From NCBI GenBank assembly GCA_041688005.1, contig JBDNJA010000134.1, forward strand, positions 79-64,078: a stretch of 64,000 nt of DNA, in the 5' to 3' direction. A model generated the notes under the pieces. The model searched no databases and had not been told where the DNA came from. It saw only the letters and a list, made by a program, of their open reading frames with translations. This DNA is from Gammaproteobacteria bacterium. GTDB taxonomy: Bacteria > Pseudomonadota > Gammaproteobacteria > GCA-001735895. Shown here piece after piece: positions 9,754 through 20,407 of the stretch; within the stretch, counting starts at the first letter, position 1, and the number at the start of each line of letters is the position of its first letter. The translations under genes and the position numbers were made by a program.

Positions 9754-10782
9754 ATGAAAGCACTTGTCAAAAGACATGCCGAAACCGGTTTATGGCTAGA
9801 AGACGTCTCGATGCCGGAATTTGGTATAAACGATGTACTGATTCGGGTATTACGTACCGCAATCTGTGGTACCGACTTGCATATTTACAACTGGGATGCC
9901 TGGGCACAGAAAACCATTCCAGTCCCCATGGTTGTCGGTCATGAATTTGTCGGTGAAATTGTTGAAGTCGGTTCTAACGTACTTGATTTTCATCCAGGCC
10001 AAATTGTCTCTGGTGAGGGACATGTGGTTTGTGGCCGTTGTCGAAATTGCCACGCCGGCCGGCGCCATCTGTGCGCGCATACCAGCGGCATAGGCGTCAA
10101 TCGACCAGGCGCTTTTGCCGAGTATCTGGCATTGCCTATGTCAAACGTATGGGAACATCGTTCGGGCATCGACCTGGATATCGCCACCCTTTTTGATCCT
10201 TTTGGCAACGCAATGCATACCGCGCTGCAATTTGATTTGCTGGGCGAAGACGTACTGATCACCGGCGCCGGGCCCATCGGCGCTATGGCCGCTGCAATAT
10301 GTCGTCACGCAGGCGCCAGACATATTGTCATCACCGATGTCAACCCAACTCGTTTGGCGCTGGCATCGACATTAGGTGCGACTCGAATAGTCGATGTACG
10401 CACCGAAAATCTGGCGACCGTTCAGCAAGAACTAGGGATGTCAGAAGGCTTCGATGTTGGTCTCGAAATGTCCGGCAATGCACAGGCATTTCGTGATTTA
10501 CTCCGCAATATGTGCCATGGCGGCAAGGTGGCCATTCTAGGTATCCCTGGCGGAGACGTCGCTATCGACTGGAATACCGTAATATTCAATATGCTGACCT
10601 TGAAAGGCATTTACGGCCGCGAAATGTTTGAAACCTGGTACAAGATGTCGGTACTGATCGAATCGGGTCTGGATATTTCACCGGTGATCACTCACCGCCT
10701 TAACTACACCGATTTTCAGCAAGGGTTTGATGCCATGAATTCAGGCGAAGGCAGCAAAGTTATTCTTACCTGGGCAACTTAA
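9754..10782 (+). CDS. tdh: L-threonine 3-dehydrogenase
   Basis: 342 aa. [22 protein letters not shown]...[38 protein letters not shown] is near-canonical Tdh (Zn-ADH family). Confidence 0.95.
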   Translation: MKALVKRHAETGLWLEDVSMPEFGINDVLIRVLRTAICGTDLHIYNWDAWAQKTIPVPMVVGHEFVGEIVEVGSNVLDFHPGQIVSGEGHVVCGRCRNCHAGRRHLCAHTSGIGVNRPGAFAEYLALPMSNVWEHRSGIDLDIATLFDPFGNAMHTALQFDLLGEDVLITGAGPIGAMAAAICRHAGARHIVITDVNPTRLALASTLGATRIVDVRTENLATVQQELGMSEGFDVGLEMSGNAQAFRDLLRNMCHGGKVAILGIPGGDVAIDWNTVIFNMLTLKGIYGREMFETWYKMSVLIESGLDISPVITHRLNYTDFQQGFDAMNSGEGSKVILTWAT

Positions 10783-10804
10783 CGCCGTTGAGTAATTTAA
10801 AAAA

Positions 10805-10930
10805 TGGGGTAGGTTGGGTTAGCAGCCTTATCGCCTATCACTTATCAATTAATCCGACGCACATGCCGTGAAGTGATCTCGAAATGGTGGATTACGCTAT
10901 CGCTAATCCACCCTACCCTTTAACCCAACG
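10805..10930. repeat. REP-like extragenic palindromic element(s) in the tdh-kbl spacer
   Basis: ggtggattacgctatcgctaatccaccctac forms a 9-bp stem (ggtggatta/taatccacc). It is flanked by gggtaggttgggtta ... cctaccctttaacccaac, which has the same architecture as enterobacterial REP units. Only one copy seen in this window. Confidence 0.5.
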
Positions 10931-10962
10931 ACATTAGCGGGCAATCTAACAAAGGAACAATC

Positions 10963-12153
10963 ATGTACGGCAAACTACAACAACATCTCAAACAGGAATT
11001 AGACAGCATCGAGTCAGTCGGTTTGTTGAAACAGGAGCGTCAAATTACCACGGCCCAGGGTTCTAACATTGGCGTAGTCGATGGCCGGGAAGTATTAAAC
11101 CTGTGCGCGAATAACTACCTTGGGCTGGCCCAGCACCCTGACGTCAATGCAGCAGCCAAAGCTGGCCTCGATCGCTGGGGTTATGGTATGGCATCGGTAC
11201 GCTTTATATGTGGTACGCAAGTCATCCATAAGCAACTGGAAGATAAACTCAGCCATTTCCTGGGTATGGAAGACACTATTTTGTACCCTTCCTGTTTCGA
11301 TGCCAATGGCGGCTTGTTCGAAACACTACTCGACGAGCAGGACGCGGTAATATCCGACGAGCTCAACCATGCCAGTATTATCGACGGTGTGCGTTTGTGC
11401 AAAGCCAGCCGTTATCGCTACAAAAATTCGGACATGGCTGATCTCGAAACACAGTTGCAACTCGCCGATAAAAATGGGGCCCGATTCAAACTAATCACAA
11501 CCGATGGTGTATTCTCGATGGATGGATTCATCGCAAAGCTCGACGAAATCTGCGATCTGGCAGACCAGTATCAAGCCATTGTTCATTTCGACGATTGCCA
11601 TGCTACCGGCTTTATTGGTGACAATGGGCGAGGTACACATGAATATCGTAATTGCATGGATCGTGTCGATATAACAACCGGCACCTTAGGCAAGGCACTC
11701 GGTGGTGCTAGCGGAGGTTACACCAGTGCCAGAAAAGAAATCGTCGCTTTATTACGCCAACGTTCACGCCCTTATCTGTTTTCCAACACCGTCGCACCAC
11801 CAGTCGTTGCGGGAGCTTTGAAAGCATTAGATTTAGTTGCTGAGACGGATGAGCTTCGAGATAAACTGAGAGAAAATACCGCTCAATTTCGCGCAGGTCT
11901 GGAACAACTTGGGTTCGAGTTACAACCCGGCGAACACCCCATTGTCCCAGTCATGCTTTACGACGCTAAACTCGCCAGTCAGTTTGCCGATGCCATGCTA
12001 GAACAAGGCATCTATGTCGTGGCTTTTTCGTTTCCTGTTGTACCCAAGGGCAAGGCAAGGATCCGAACCCAAATATCTGCCGCGCTGTCACAGCAGCAAA
12101 TCGAATTTGCATTACAGGCCTTCGCTAATGTTAAGAAGCAGCTAGGAATTTAA
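10963..12153 (+). CDS. kbl: Glycine C-acetyltransferase (2-amino-3-ketobutyrate CoA ligase)
   Basis: 396 aa. [11 protein letters not shown]..., [11 protein letters not shown] and [13 protein letters not shown] (PLP lysine region) are the Kbl pattern. Paired with tdh. Confidence 0.95.
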   Translation: MYGKLQQHLKQELDSIESVGLLKQERQITTAQGSNIGVVDGREVLNLCANNYLGLAQHPDVNAAAKAGLDRWGYGMASVRFICGTQVIHKQLEDKLSHFLGMEDTILYPSCFDANGGLFETLLDEQDAVISDELNHASIIDGVRLCKASRYRYKNSDMADLETQLQLADKNGARFKLITTDGVFSMDGFIAKLDEICDLADQYQAIVHFDDCHATGFIGDNGRGTHEYRNCMDRVDITTGTLGKALGGASGGYTSARKEIVALLRQRSRPYLFSNTVAPPVVAGALKALDLVAETDELRDKLRENTAQFRAGLEQLGFELQPGEHPIVPVMLYDAKLASQFADAMLEQGIYVVAFSFPVVPKGKARIRTQISAALSQQQIEFALQAFANVKKQLGI

Positions 12154-12800
12154 TGATGATGCAATTATGGGGTAGACCTAACGCTTATAATGTTCAGAAA
12201 GTTATGTGGGCATTAGACGAGCTGGGCATCGAATATTATCAGTATGATGTTGGCAGTAACCCAGGTGATTTAGAGACTGTTGATTTCAAATCACTTAACC
12301 CTTTTTCGCGAATCCCTGTTCTAGTCGATCGCGATGCGATCCTCTGTGAGTCAAATAGCATCATTCGCTACCTTTATGCACAGCATGGGACTGAAGAATC
12401 TCTTCCTGCGAATCACTTTCAACAAGCTAGGATTGAGCGCTGGATGGATTGGGAACTTGCTTCGCTTCAACCAGCCTTCGTTGATTTATTCTGGCGCTTC
12501 TACCGAACCCCTGAAGAAAATAGGGACCGCCATAAAATTGAAGCAAGTAAAGCCGCTTGTGAAAATCACTTTAAGCAATTAGACCAGCATTTATCCAATC
12601 AAAATTATTTAGCCGGTAATCAATTCTCAATGGCTGATATCTGCTGCGCTACCTGCCTGTATCGATATTTTGAAATGGGAGCTACAGTAGAAAAACCACC
12701 AAATGTAATAATCTGGTATGGCCGAATAACACAGAGGTCCGCATATCAAAAAAATATTTTGGTTCCATTTATTGATCTAAAAAGTCGTCAGCAATTTTGA
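12153..12800 (+). CDS. Glutathione S-transferase family protein
   Basis: 215 aa. N-terminal thioredoxin-like GST fold (NPFSRIPVLVDRDAILCESNSIIRYL) plus a helical C-terminal domain. Start overlaps the kbl stop (TAATG). Confidence 0.85.
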   Translation: MMMQLWGRPNAYNVQKVMWALDELGIEYYQYDVGSNPGDLETVDFKSLNPFSRIPVLVDRDAILCESNSIIRYLYAQHGTEESLPANHFQQARIERWMDWELASLQPAFVDLFWRFYRTPEENRDRHKIEASKAACENHFKQLDQHLSNQNYLAGNQFSMADICCATCLYRYFEMGATVEKPPNVIIWYGRITQRSAYQKNILVPFIDLKSRQQF

Positions 12801-12958
12801 TGCAATATATCCTCTACCCCTGCGCGGTATGTTCTGTAACGAACCATGCGTAAACTGGATGCTTAGCATGAAGAACTTGAATAGTCATATTATTGTGTTG
12901 TGCTTATATTAGAATAAGTTTGTATCAATTGAGATACGTTTATCAGTTTACCTAAGCT

Positions 12959-14314
12959 ATGGATATAGATCCTTTCCTTCTATCGCGAATTCAGTTTGCG
13001 GCCAATATTAGTTTCCATATTTTGTTTCCTTCAATAACGATAGGCCTTGCCTGGATATTGTTATTTTTCCGTTTACGATTTACCTATTCTCAGGATAAGA
13101 CATGGGAATACGCCTATCTATTCTGGGTTAAAATTTTTGCCCTTACCTTTGCGCTTGGCGTCGTGACCGGTATTACTATGAGCTTCCAGTTTGGCACTAA
13201 CTGGCCTGGATACATGGAGCGTGTTGGAAATATCGCAGGGCCTTTACTCGGTTATGAAGTGCTGACAGCTTTTTTCCTCGAGGCGTCGTTTCTTGGCATC
13301 ATGTTATTCGGTAGAAACCGAGTCTCAAATCGAGTCCATTTATTTGCAACTTGTATGGTGGCGATCGGCACCACGATATCGGCGTTTTGGATTTTAAGCC
13401 TCAACTCCTGGATGCAAACACCGACAGGCTTTCGTATGGAAGAGGGTGTTGTTTTCGTCGATAGTTGGGTCGAGGTCATTTTCAATCCGTCATTCCCCTA
13501 TCGACTCGCACATATGGTGACTGCTTGTCTCCTGACAGCAACATTTTTTGTCGCCGGTGTCAGTGCCTGGCGCATGCTTAAATCTGTTGACGGACCCGCA
13601 ACATTTAAGGTTTTGAAAGTGTGTGTTATAGCGGCGGCGATTCTTACCCCGGTGCAGATATTTATTGGTGATCTGCATGGCTTGAATACGCTCGAACATC
13701 AGCCTGCGAAGGTGGCTGCTATGGAGGCTGTTTGGGAGACTCAAAAAAGAGTGCCTTTTACATTATTTGGACTTCCAGATGAAGAGGCCCGCACTACACA
13801 TGCCGCTATCGAAATACCTGCACTTGCCAGTCTGATATTAACGCACAAAGTAGATGGTGAGGTTCGTGGTTTGAATGAATTTGAAGGCAACCATCCCCCG
13901 GTGGCTGTAGTGTTCTGGTCTTTTAGAATCATGGTTGGGGTCGGTGTCTTGATGCTTATCGTATCCTGGTGGATGTTGTTTCGTATTTTGCGAACTGGCA
14001 GCCTCGAGAAAATTCACCATCAGGTACTGTCATTGATGACTTTTTCGGGTTGGATCGCGGTATTAGCTGGCTGGTATGTAACGGAAATAGGTCGTCAACC
14101 GTGGATTGTGTACGGTTTGATACGAACCGACGAAGTGGTAGCCGAGCACCCGGAAGGTATGGTGTTGGGCACGCTGATTCTCTATCTAGCAGTCTACCTT
14201 TTTCTTCTAGTGTCTTATATTGGTGCGCTGCGTTACCTATCGGCCAAACCAGCTCAGTCACTTTCTTTGTTACCTGGCTATGGCAATAATGCCGATAAAC
14301 AGGAGGTTGTGTGA
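12959..14314 (+). CDS. cydA: Cytochrome bd-type quinol oxidase subunit I (short Q-loop, cyanide-insensitive-oxidase type)
   Basis: 451 aa. LSRIQFAANISFHILFPSITIGLA..., GYEVLTAFFLEASFLGIMLFG and WYVTEIGRQPWIVYG are CydA/CioA motifs. Length is shorter than the long-Q-loop E. coli type. Confidence 0.9.
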   Translation: MDIDPFLLSRIQFAANISFHILFPSITIGLAWILLFFRLRFTYSQDKTWEYAYLFWVKIFALTFALGVVTGITMSFQFGTNWPGYMERVGNIAGPLLGYEVLTAFFLEASFLGIMLFGRNRVSNRVHLFATCMVAIGTTISAFWILSLNSWMQTPTGFRMEEGVVFVDSWVEVIFNPSFPYRLAHMVTACLLTATFFVAGVSAWRMLKSVDGPATFKVLKVCVIAAAILTPVQIFIGDLHGLNTLEHQPAKVAAMEAVWETQKRVPFTLFGLPDEEARTTHAAIEIPALASLILTHKVDGEVRGLNEFEGNHPPVAVVFWSFRIMVGVGVLMLIVSWWMLFRILRTGSLEKIHHQVLSLMTFSGWIAVLAGWYVTEIGRQPWIVYGLIRTDEVVAEHPEGMVLGTLILYLAVYLFLLVSYIGALRYLSAKPAQSLSLLPGYGNNADKQEVV

Positions 14315-15306
14315 TGGAATCCAATCTGCCAATTATATTTGTTTTTATAATGGGTTTTTCCTTATTACTGTACGTAATACTGGACGGTTATGATCTGGGC
14401 ATTGGCATGTTATTACCATTTGCCGAGGATAATCATAAAGACATCATGATCGCTAGTATTGGCCCTTTCTGGGATGCCAATGAAACCTGGATAGTGCTTG
14501 GTATCGGCGTATTGTTGATCGCGTTTCCTCAAGCCTATGGTGAAATTTTAACCACGTTATATCTGCCTGTAACATTCATGTTGATAGGACTGGTTTTACG
14601 CGGGGTTGCTTTTGATTTTCGGGTAAAGGCGGGTGATAAGAAAAAACCGATGTGGAACAAGGCTTTTTTCCTTGGTTCAATCATAGCATCCTGTTCGCAA
14701 GGTTGGATGCTAGGTCACTATATAACTGGTTTAAGGGCGGATGGTACCAGTATGTTATTTGCCGTGTTGATTGCGATTGCTTTGCCAGCTTTGTATGTGT
14801 TGCTAGGTGCTGGCTGGTTGCTGATTAAGACCGAAGATGAATTATTCGAAAAAGCATTATGTTGGGCCAGAGCAGCGCTTTTTCCAATGGCACTTGGATT
14901 ACTCCTCATCTCTATAGCGACACCCATTGTCAGTGACGTAATCGCCGCGCGATGGTTTGTCATGCCTAACCTGATTGGACTGATTCCTATACCTGTTTTT
15001 AGTCTAATCATATTGGTGGTGGTTTACTGGCTATTGAAAGCATCCAACCCGTTGATCAGAACGATTCCATGGTCTGTATTTGTGAGCATCACACTGATTT
15101 GTATTCTTGCCGCGATTGGCCTAGCTTACAGTATTTATCCCGATATTATTATTGGCAGAATGACTATATGGGAAGCCGCATCGGATGAAAAGTCATTGGA
15201 GTTCGTTTTGGTTGGCATCGTAATAACATTGCCCATGATCTTATGTTACACCGTGTTTGTTTATCGCGTATTCAGCGGTAAAGCAACCGATCTGCGATAT
15301 GACTAG
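14311..15306 (+). CDS. cydB: Cytochrome bd-type quinol oxidase subunit II
   Basis: 331 aa, polytopic. YVILDGYDLGIGMLLPF and IGPFWDANETWIVL are CydB motifs. Start overlaps the cydA stop. Confidence 0.9.
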   Translation: MMESNLPIIFVFIMGFSLLLYVILDGYDLGIGMLLPFAEDNHKDIMIASIGPFWDANETWIVLGIGVLLIAFPQAYGEILTTLYLPVTFMLIGLVLRGVAFDFRVKAGDKKKPMWNKAFFLGSIIASCSQGWMLGHYITGLRADGTSMLFAVLIAIALPALYVLLGAGWLLIKTEDELFEKALCWARAALFPMALGLLLISIATPIVSDVIAARWFVMPNLIGLIPIPVFSLIILVVVYWLLKASNPLIRTIPWSVFVSITLICILAAIGLAYSIYPDIIIGRMTIWEAASDEKSLEFVLVGIVITLPMILCYTVFVYRVFSGKATDLRYD

Positions 15307-15575
15307 GGGTTGAAATGTTCTATCGACCAGTCTTGCGCGAACTCGATACTGGCTAGCCGCAAAACAATATCACGATTAAACTTTTGGTAGGCTGCAACCA
15401 GTAGCGTATCTTTAGATTCAAAATAGTGCCGAACCAACCCAGGTGTTACGCCAGCAACCCACACTATTTTGCGTAACCTAGTGCTCCGACTACCCTGATC
15501 TGCCAGACAGATAAGGGTTGCTTCGATTAATCGTTCTCTACCACTCAAAGTTTTTCTCGAGCCAGCATTGGACAT
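15303..15575 (-). pseudogene. Truncated TetR-family regulator (HTH domain only)
   Basis: 90-aa ORF holds only the N-terminal TetR HTH (RERLIEATLICLADQGSRSTRLRKIVWVAGVTPGLVRHYFESKDTLL); the ~100-aa ligand-binding domain is missing. Its stop overlaps the cydB stop at a shared CTAG (15303-15306). Confidence 0.6.
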
Positions 15576-15683
15576 TATTGATTCCGGCCAAATGTAAGCT
15601 AGCTATACCATTGTATAGTTCTGAGGGTCTGATTAAACTAAACTTGTGTATAGCCATGCAGATAAACTTGTAGATAATAGATA

Positions 15684-16304
15684 ATGATTACAAAATTTGG
15701 AAACGATAGCTGCCTGCTGTTCATCGATGTTCAGGTAGGGGTCAATGTTCTTCAGCACTGGGGCGGGGAAAATGGTCGCCGTAATAACCCTGATGCTGAA
15801 GATAAAATGCGAAGCCTGTTAAAGAGCTTTCGCGATTCTGGCAATCAGGTCGCCTTTACTCGCCATGACTCTCGTGAGGCCGCATCACCATTGAAGTTAT
15901 CACTCGAAACAGGCCGACAAATCGATGGGGTTGAAATTGAAGGTAATGACATCGTAGTCACCAAGGACGTCAATAGCGGGTTTATTGGAACCTCCCTCGA
16001 AGTGCAATTACGCCGTGCAGGCATCAAACGATTAGTAGTGGCCGGTTTTTTCACCAATTTTTGCGTCGAAACTACCGTTCGTATGGCGGGCAACATGGGC
16101 TTCGATACCTATTTGGTTGAAGATGCCTGTGCCACCACCAACCGCGTTGGGCTGGATGGCGTCGATCATGAACCAGAAGTGGTTCATCAAATGGCGGTCG
16201 CTTCCATGCATGGTGAATTTTGTACCTCCATTTCCACTGAAGATGCACTGTCGCTATGCGCTGCCGACATGCCCAACTTGATTCGCAAGCAGGGCAACGA
16301 ATAA
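15684..16304 (+). CDS. Isochorismatase-family (cysteine) hydrolase
   Basis: 206 aa. LLFIDVQ..., K..D.NSGF and LVVAGFFTNFCVETT (catalytic Cys context) typify the isochorismatase family. Confidence 0.8.
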   Translation: MITKFGNDSCLLFIDVQVGVNVLQHWGGENGRRNNPDAEDKMRSLLKSFRDSGNQVAFTRHDSREAASPLKLSLETGRQIDGVEIEGNDIVVTKDVNSGFIGTSLEVQLRRAGIKRLVVAGFFTNFCVETTVRMAGNMGFDTYLVEDACATTNRVGLDGVDHEPEVVHQMAVASMHGEFCTSISTEDALSLCAADMPNLIRKQGNE

Positions 16305-17170
16305 TGTACGGTGTATCATCGATGACAAGCGCATTACGTCGTGTTGCACTAAGCAGACCCGGAGTGGCATTACTGGAAGCGGACGCGGCTGTCTGGAACT
16401 ATGGGCCGACGTTTGATCGCCACAAAGTCCTTGCTCAACACAAAGTTTTTTCCGATTTGTTAGCGGGTTATGGTGTTGATATTATATGGATGGACAAAGA
16501 CAACCCAAATATTGCAGATGCAGTATTTACCTACGATGCGTCATTAATGACACCCGCCGGTGCGATCCTAATGAACCCGGGCAAGCGACTTAGACAGGGT
16601 GAGCAGGCATTGCATCAAGCGTTTTATCAAAGCCAGAACATTCCTGTAATAGGTGAAATTATCGGCGATGCTACGGCAGAAGCGGGCGATACGCTTTGGC
16701 TCGATAACCATACACTCGCCATTGGTCGCGGCTTTCGTACTAACCAGTCGGGCATCGACCAAATGACACAAATCCTGGCTGATCAGGGCATTACCGTTCA
16801 CGCTTTTGATGTGCCTTACTATCACGGTGCCGCAACCTGCTTGCATTTGATGTCACTGGTAAGCCTGGTCGACACAAAAACAGCCGCTATTTGCGAAACA
16901 CTTTTTCCCGTAGGTCTTTATCAGTTAATGCAAGCGATGGGGTATAACTTCATCACCCTGCCTTATGCGGAATATCAAGCAAGCGGGACATTGAGCGGTA
17001 ATATCCTGACAATGGCACCTAGTGAATGCATCATGATCGGGGGGGTTCCTGAAACTCGAAAAGCACTTGAAGCAGCGGGCATTAATCTCAAAATTTTTGA
17101 TGGTGATGCGCTGTGCATTGGCTGCGAAGGTGGCCCCACCCGCTTAACTCGGCCTATTCTGCGGAGCTAG
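16304..17170 (+). CDS. Amidinotransferase/DDAH-like (guanidino-group-modifying enzyme superfamily) protein
   Basis: Track ORF begins at 16256; I prefer the ATG at 16304 overlapping the upstream stop (TAATG). DAVFTYDASLMTPAGAILMNPGKRLRQGE, GDTLWLDNHTLAIGRGFRTNQSGI, CLHLMSLVS and the C-terminal EGGPTRLTRPILRS resemble DDAH/arginine-deiminase-type pentein enzymes. Confidence 0.7.
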   Translation: MYGVSSMTSALRRVALSRPGVALLEADAAVWNYGPTFDRHKVLAQHKVFSDLLAGYGVDIIWMDKDNPNIADAVFTYDASLMTPAGAILMNPGKRLRQGEQALHQAFYQSQNIPVIGEIIGDATAEAGDTLWLDNHTLAIGRGFRTNQSGIDQMTQILADQGITVHAFDVPYYHGAATCLHLMSLVSLVDTKTAAICETLFPVGLYQLMQAMGYNFITLPYAEYQASGTLSGNILTMAPSECIMIGGVPETRKALEAAGINLKIFDGDALCIGCEGGPTRLTRPILRS

Positions 17171-17543
17171 CCGCGACCTTACTTTTGAGTGGTCTCTGAA
17201 TTCCGGGGTCAGCAAAGTAGGGCGTAATAACCAGCGAGTATTGTGATACATTAATTTGGAATGGAAGTCTTTGTTGACCGTACGGATATTTTCTTTGGTA
17301 ATCTAAAAACTGAAGCGAATAGACTTTATATTTGCGATGCTTCCGTTATTCCAGAGCCCTGGGAGATTGCACAGAGCTTTAGTTTAATATGTCGGGGGCA
17401 CAGGCTTGGCAGGCGTTTTCTGAGCTGATGGATTCGAACAGTCGATGGTGTCTCTAAGCCTTTTTACTGACTAACTTTGCGGCAAACTGCATCCAATCCT
17501 CTCGTTGACAATCAAATGTCAACGCCAGAGGTTTCGCATTCGG

Positions 17544-18941
17544 CTATTCACTTGCACCTCGTGCAAATCGAATCGATATCGCCAAACCACCTAACTCAGA
17601 ATGCGATAATTCCATGGTGGCAGAATGAACTTCGGCAATCGATCGTACAATTGATAACCCCAGCCCGGCACCCGCGACCTTGTGATTACCGAGCCTAACG
17701 AACCGATTCACGATTTGAGCCTGGAGTTCAGGGCTGAGACCTTTACCCGAGTCTTCAACCCGAATCACAATATCATTACCTTCATAAAGGCAGGATACCT
17801 CGATCGTGCTTTTCTCTGGCGAGTATTTCACCGCATTGTCCAGCAGGTTGGAGACCAGGCTGGCCAATAAGCTTTCGGCGCCATCGACCTGAAAGCTGTT
17901 TTCCGTGGTATTAAAATTAATGACCTGGCCTCGAGCCAACGCACTTACCCGATGATGCTCAACCATAGATCCACATAAATGAGACAAGTCGATCGGGTCA
18001 AAATCTTTACTGACTAACGGATTTTCAGAGTAGCTCAAAAACAATAATTGTGACACCAGATGAGACAATCGAGTAATACTGAGCTTCATACTTTCGAGCG
18101 ACTCTGCGGCTTCGGAATCCGAGTTTTCTTCTAGTGCGTTATCCACATTAATCAAAAGGGCAGCGAGTGGGTTTCGCAGCTCGTGTGACGTATCACTGAC
18201 AAAACGCTTTTCCCGTTGGTAGGCGCTATCCAATTTCCCTACCATTTGATTGATCGCTATCAGTAAGGGATCAATTTCTGTGGGCATACGATCAACAGAT
18301 ACTGGTTTCAAGTGATTCAAATCCTGGCGACGAACAGCCTCTACCACGTTTTGCAACGGTTGCAATGCCAGGCTAATTGTCCGCCAAAGGAAGAATAAAA
18401 TTATCGGAAAAATTAATAGTAGTGGTGTTAATAAAGAAATTCCAATAGATTTAGTGACCTCTTCACGGATATCGTTGCGTTCACCAACGATTATCCACAA
18501 GTCTTCATCGCTGCCTTTGAGGGTTAAACCAATCCAGGTTTGATTGTCATGCTCAAATCGACTAAAACCAGCTGTCAGTGTGTTCAATGTTAAATCTGGT
18601 GCCGAAGGTGATTTTAGAAGGGTTGCACCATTATTATCCAAAATAATAAAAAACAGTTTTTTCTCATAGGCTTGCCTTTCTTTACCTTCGTCATCTTGCG
18701 TTTCGATATCGATGGTACGTTCGAGTGCTCGTTCTAAGTGATGCCGATTCGCTTCGATGGCCTGACGCGTCATAATGCCATCAAGAATGCGGCCAGCTTG
18801 AACCAATGCCGCATCAAATATTTCATCTGCTTCATGTGATATCCCCTGGTAGACAGCGAGACCGGTGACCAGTGACATCACCAGGGTGGTAATCAGCACG
18901 TACCAGATTAATCTCCTTTTAATTGAAACTGATTTAGCCAT
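17544..18941 (-). CDS. Two-component sensor histidine kinase (QseC/PmrB-like architecture)
   Basis: 465 aa with two TM segments, H-box SHELRNPLAAL and ATP-binding boxes (NLLDNAVKY, DSGKGL, GAGLGLSIV). Confidence 0.9.
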   Translation of the reverse strand: MAKSVSIKRRLIWYVLITTLVMSLVTGLAVYQGISHEADEIFDAALVQAGRILDGIMTRQAIEANRHHLERALERTIDIETQDDEGKERQAYEKKLFFIILDNNGATLLKSPSAPDLTLNTLTAGFSRFEHDNQTWIGLTLKGSDEDLWIIVGERNDIREEVTKSIGISLLTPLLLIFPIILFFLWRTISLALQPLQNVVEAVRRQDLNHLKPVSVDRMPTEIDPLLIAINQMVGKLDSAYQREKRFVSDTSHELRNPLAALLINVDNALEENSDSEAAESLESMKLSITRLSHLVSQLLFLSYSENPLVSKDFDPIDLSHLCGSMVEHHRVSALARGQVINFNTTENSFQVDGAESLLASLVSNLLDNAVKYSPEKSTIEVSCLYEGNDIVIRVEDSGKGLSPELQAQIVNRFVRLGNHKVAGAGLGLSIVRSIAEVHSATMELSHSELGGLAISIRFARGASE

Positions 18942-18943
18942 TA

Positions 18944-19606
18944 TTAATTACCAGTCACTAATTTATAACCGACGCCTCGCACTGTTTTTATGAGATTCTT
19001 ATCCAACTTTTTTCGAAGATGGTGGATGTGTACCTCAAGTGCATTGCTTTCTACACCTTCATCCCATCCATAAAGAATGTTGTCGAGATACTCTCGAGTT
19101 AAAACCTGGTCAGGTCGATTGGCGAATTCGAGCAAGAGGGTATATTCCCTACGATGCAATTCAATTGGTTGACCAGCAAACCAGACCGCCTGTTTTTTGC
19201 GGTCAAGGGTGAGTTGTCCCAAAATTAATTCCGACGAAGCCAAACCATGACTACGTCGACTGAGCGCTTGAATCCTGGCCCGAAGTTCCTTCAAATCGAC
19301 AGGCTTGACGACGTAATCATCAGCGCCGCTATTCAAACCCAGAACTCGTTCATCGATGGTATCCCTGGCCGTCATGATGAGTACTGGCGTATCGATAGCC
19401 TCTGATCGCATCTTAGTAAGCACACTAATGCCATCTTCACCGGGCAACTGTAAATCGAGAATAACCAATTCAAAATTCTCACTCCGAATGGCATTCAATG
19501 CCTGAGTTCCGTCAAGCAACCAGTCGACCTGATTTCCATCGCGCTTCAACGCGCGTTGTATGCCACTGCCAAGTTGCTCGTCATCTTCGACCAATAGTAA
19601 TCGCAT
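18944..19606 (-). CDS. OmpR/PhoB-family response regulator
   Basis: 220 aa. Receiver domain (MRLLLVEDD...LVILDLQLPGEDG...) plus winged-helix output (TVRGVGYKL). Sits 2 nt upstream of the kinase gene. Confidence 0.9.
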   Translation of the reverse strand: MRLLLVEDDEQLGSGIQRALKRDGNQVDWLLDGTQALNAIRSENFELVILDLQLPGEDGISVLTKMRSEAIDTPVLIMTARDTIDERVLGLNSGADDYVVKPVDLKELRARIQALSRRSHGLASSELILGQLTLDRKKQAVWFAGQPIELHRREYTLLLEFANRPDQVLTREYLDNILYGWDEGVESNALEVHIHHLRKKLDKNLIKTVRGVGYKLVTGN

Positions 19607-19717
19607 GATAAAATTTTCCGCCAGGTACCCAGAGAACCCCTATTCAAGCCATGATTGCTTAACCAGAGGTCCCCAAGATGAAATTAAAACAGTCATCCCT
19701 GACCTTGATTGATCGAG

Positions 19718-20407
19718 TTATCTGTTGCTTACTTTAGCGCTATCTATATCCAGTGTCAGTAAATAGTCACGCAATTTAATCGCTTGTGCTCTTCGACCCT
19801 GATCGGCTATTGGACGACCAACCAGCCTGGGTGCGTGAATGGCTTTTTCCAAATGTAGAAGCGCTAACGCCGTTTCATTATTGTTCGCTAAATAATCTGC
19901 ATAAAAGTAGTTTAAATCGAGTTGATTCGGATTGAGTTTTAATGCTTTACCAAAATACTGCTCTGCTTTCGTGTCGCTACCGAAACCAAGTGGCCATCCT
20001 GGTACCTTCCAGTATAAGGTCGCTAAGCTACCATAGACGGAACCATCCAAAACAGTGGGGTCAATACTTTCCGCAGCTTCGAGTTTCTTCTTCGCGTCCT
20101 TGACCAAACTGAGGGCGCCGAGGCCTCCCTTCTTTTCAGCGAGCGTACTCAACACAATCGCGTCCCAAGTGAGTGCTTCAGCACTGTCTGGGCTTGCCTG
20201 AGATAAGAGATTCGCCTTACGCGCAAGTGCCTGTAACTCTGTGTAATTTTTATTCTTGAAATCATCCATAAAGTATAACCTACTCCATTCTTGCTGTATT
20301 TCCTGAACTTCTGGCATCGCCGTCTGTGACGCATGAACTGAAATGGATAGGACCAACATGGCAAGGACCGCAGGTACTACAACTAATTTTACTATTTGCT
20401 TATACAT
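19718..20407 (-). CDS. Secreted TPR-like repeat protein
   Basis: 229 aa with a signal peptide (VVPAVLAMLVLSISVHAS) and TPR-like helical repeats (AEQYFGKALKLNPNQLDLNYFYADYL). Function unknown. Confidence 0.65.
   Translation of the reverse strand: MYKQIVKLVVVPAVLAMLVLSISVHASQTAMPEVQEIQQEWSRLYFMDDFKNKNYTELQALARKANLLSQASPDSAEALTWDAIVLSTLAEKKGGLGALSLVKDAKKKLEAAESIDPTVLDGSVYGSLATLYWKVPGWPLGFGSDTKAEQYFGKALKLNPNQLDLNYFYADYLANNNETALALLHLEKAIHAPRLVGRPIADQGRRAQAIKLRDYLLTLDIDSAKVSNR

Noticed and set aside
17420-17460. tRNA-like TTCGAATCC on the minus strand (...gactgTTCGAATccatcagctcag), considered as a tRNA gene or tRNA-fragment att site.
   Set aside because: The flanking 5-mers do not pair as a T-stem (gactg versus ccatc). 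The would-be acceptor strand would require a tRNA starting CTGAGCT, and no D or anticodon arms can be drawn. A second look-alike at 57383-57400 fails the same test.
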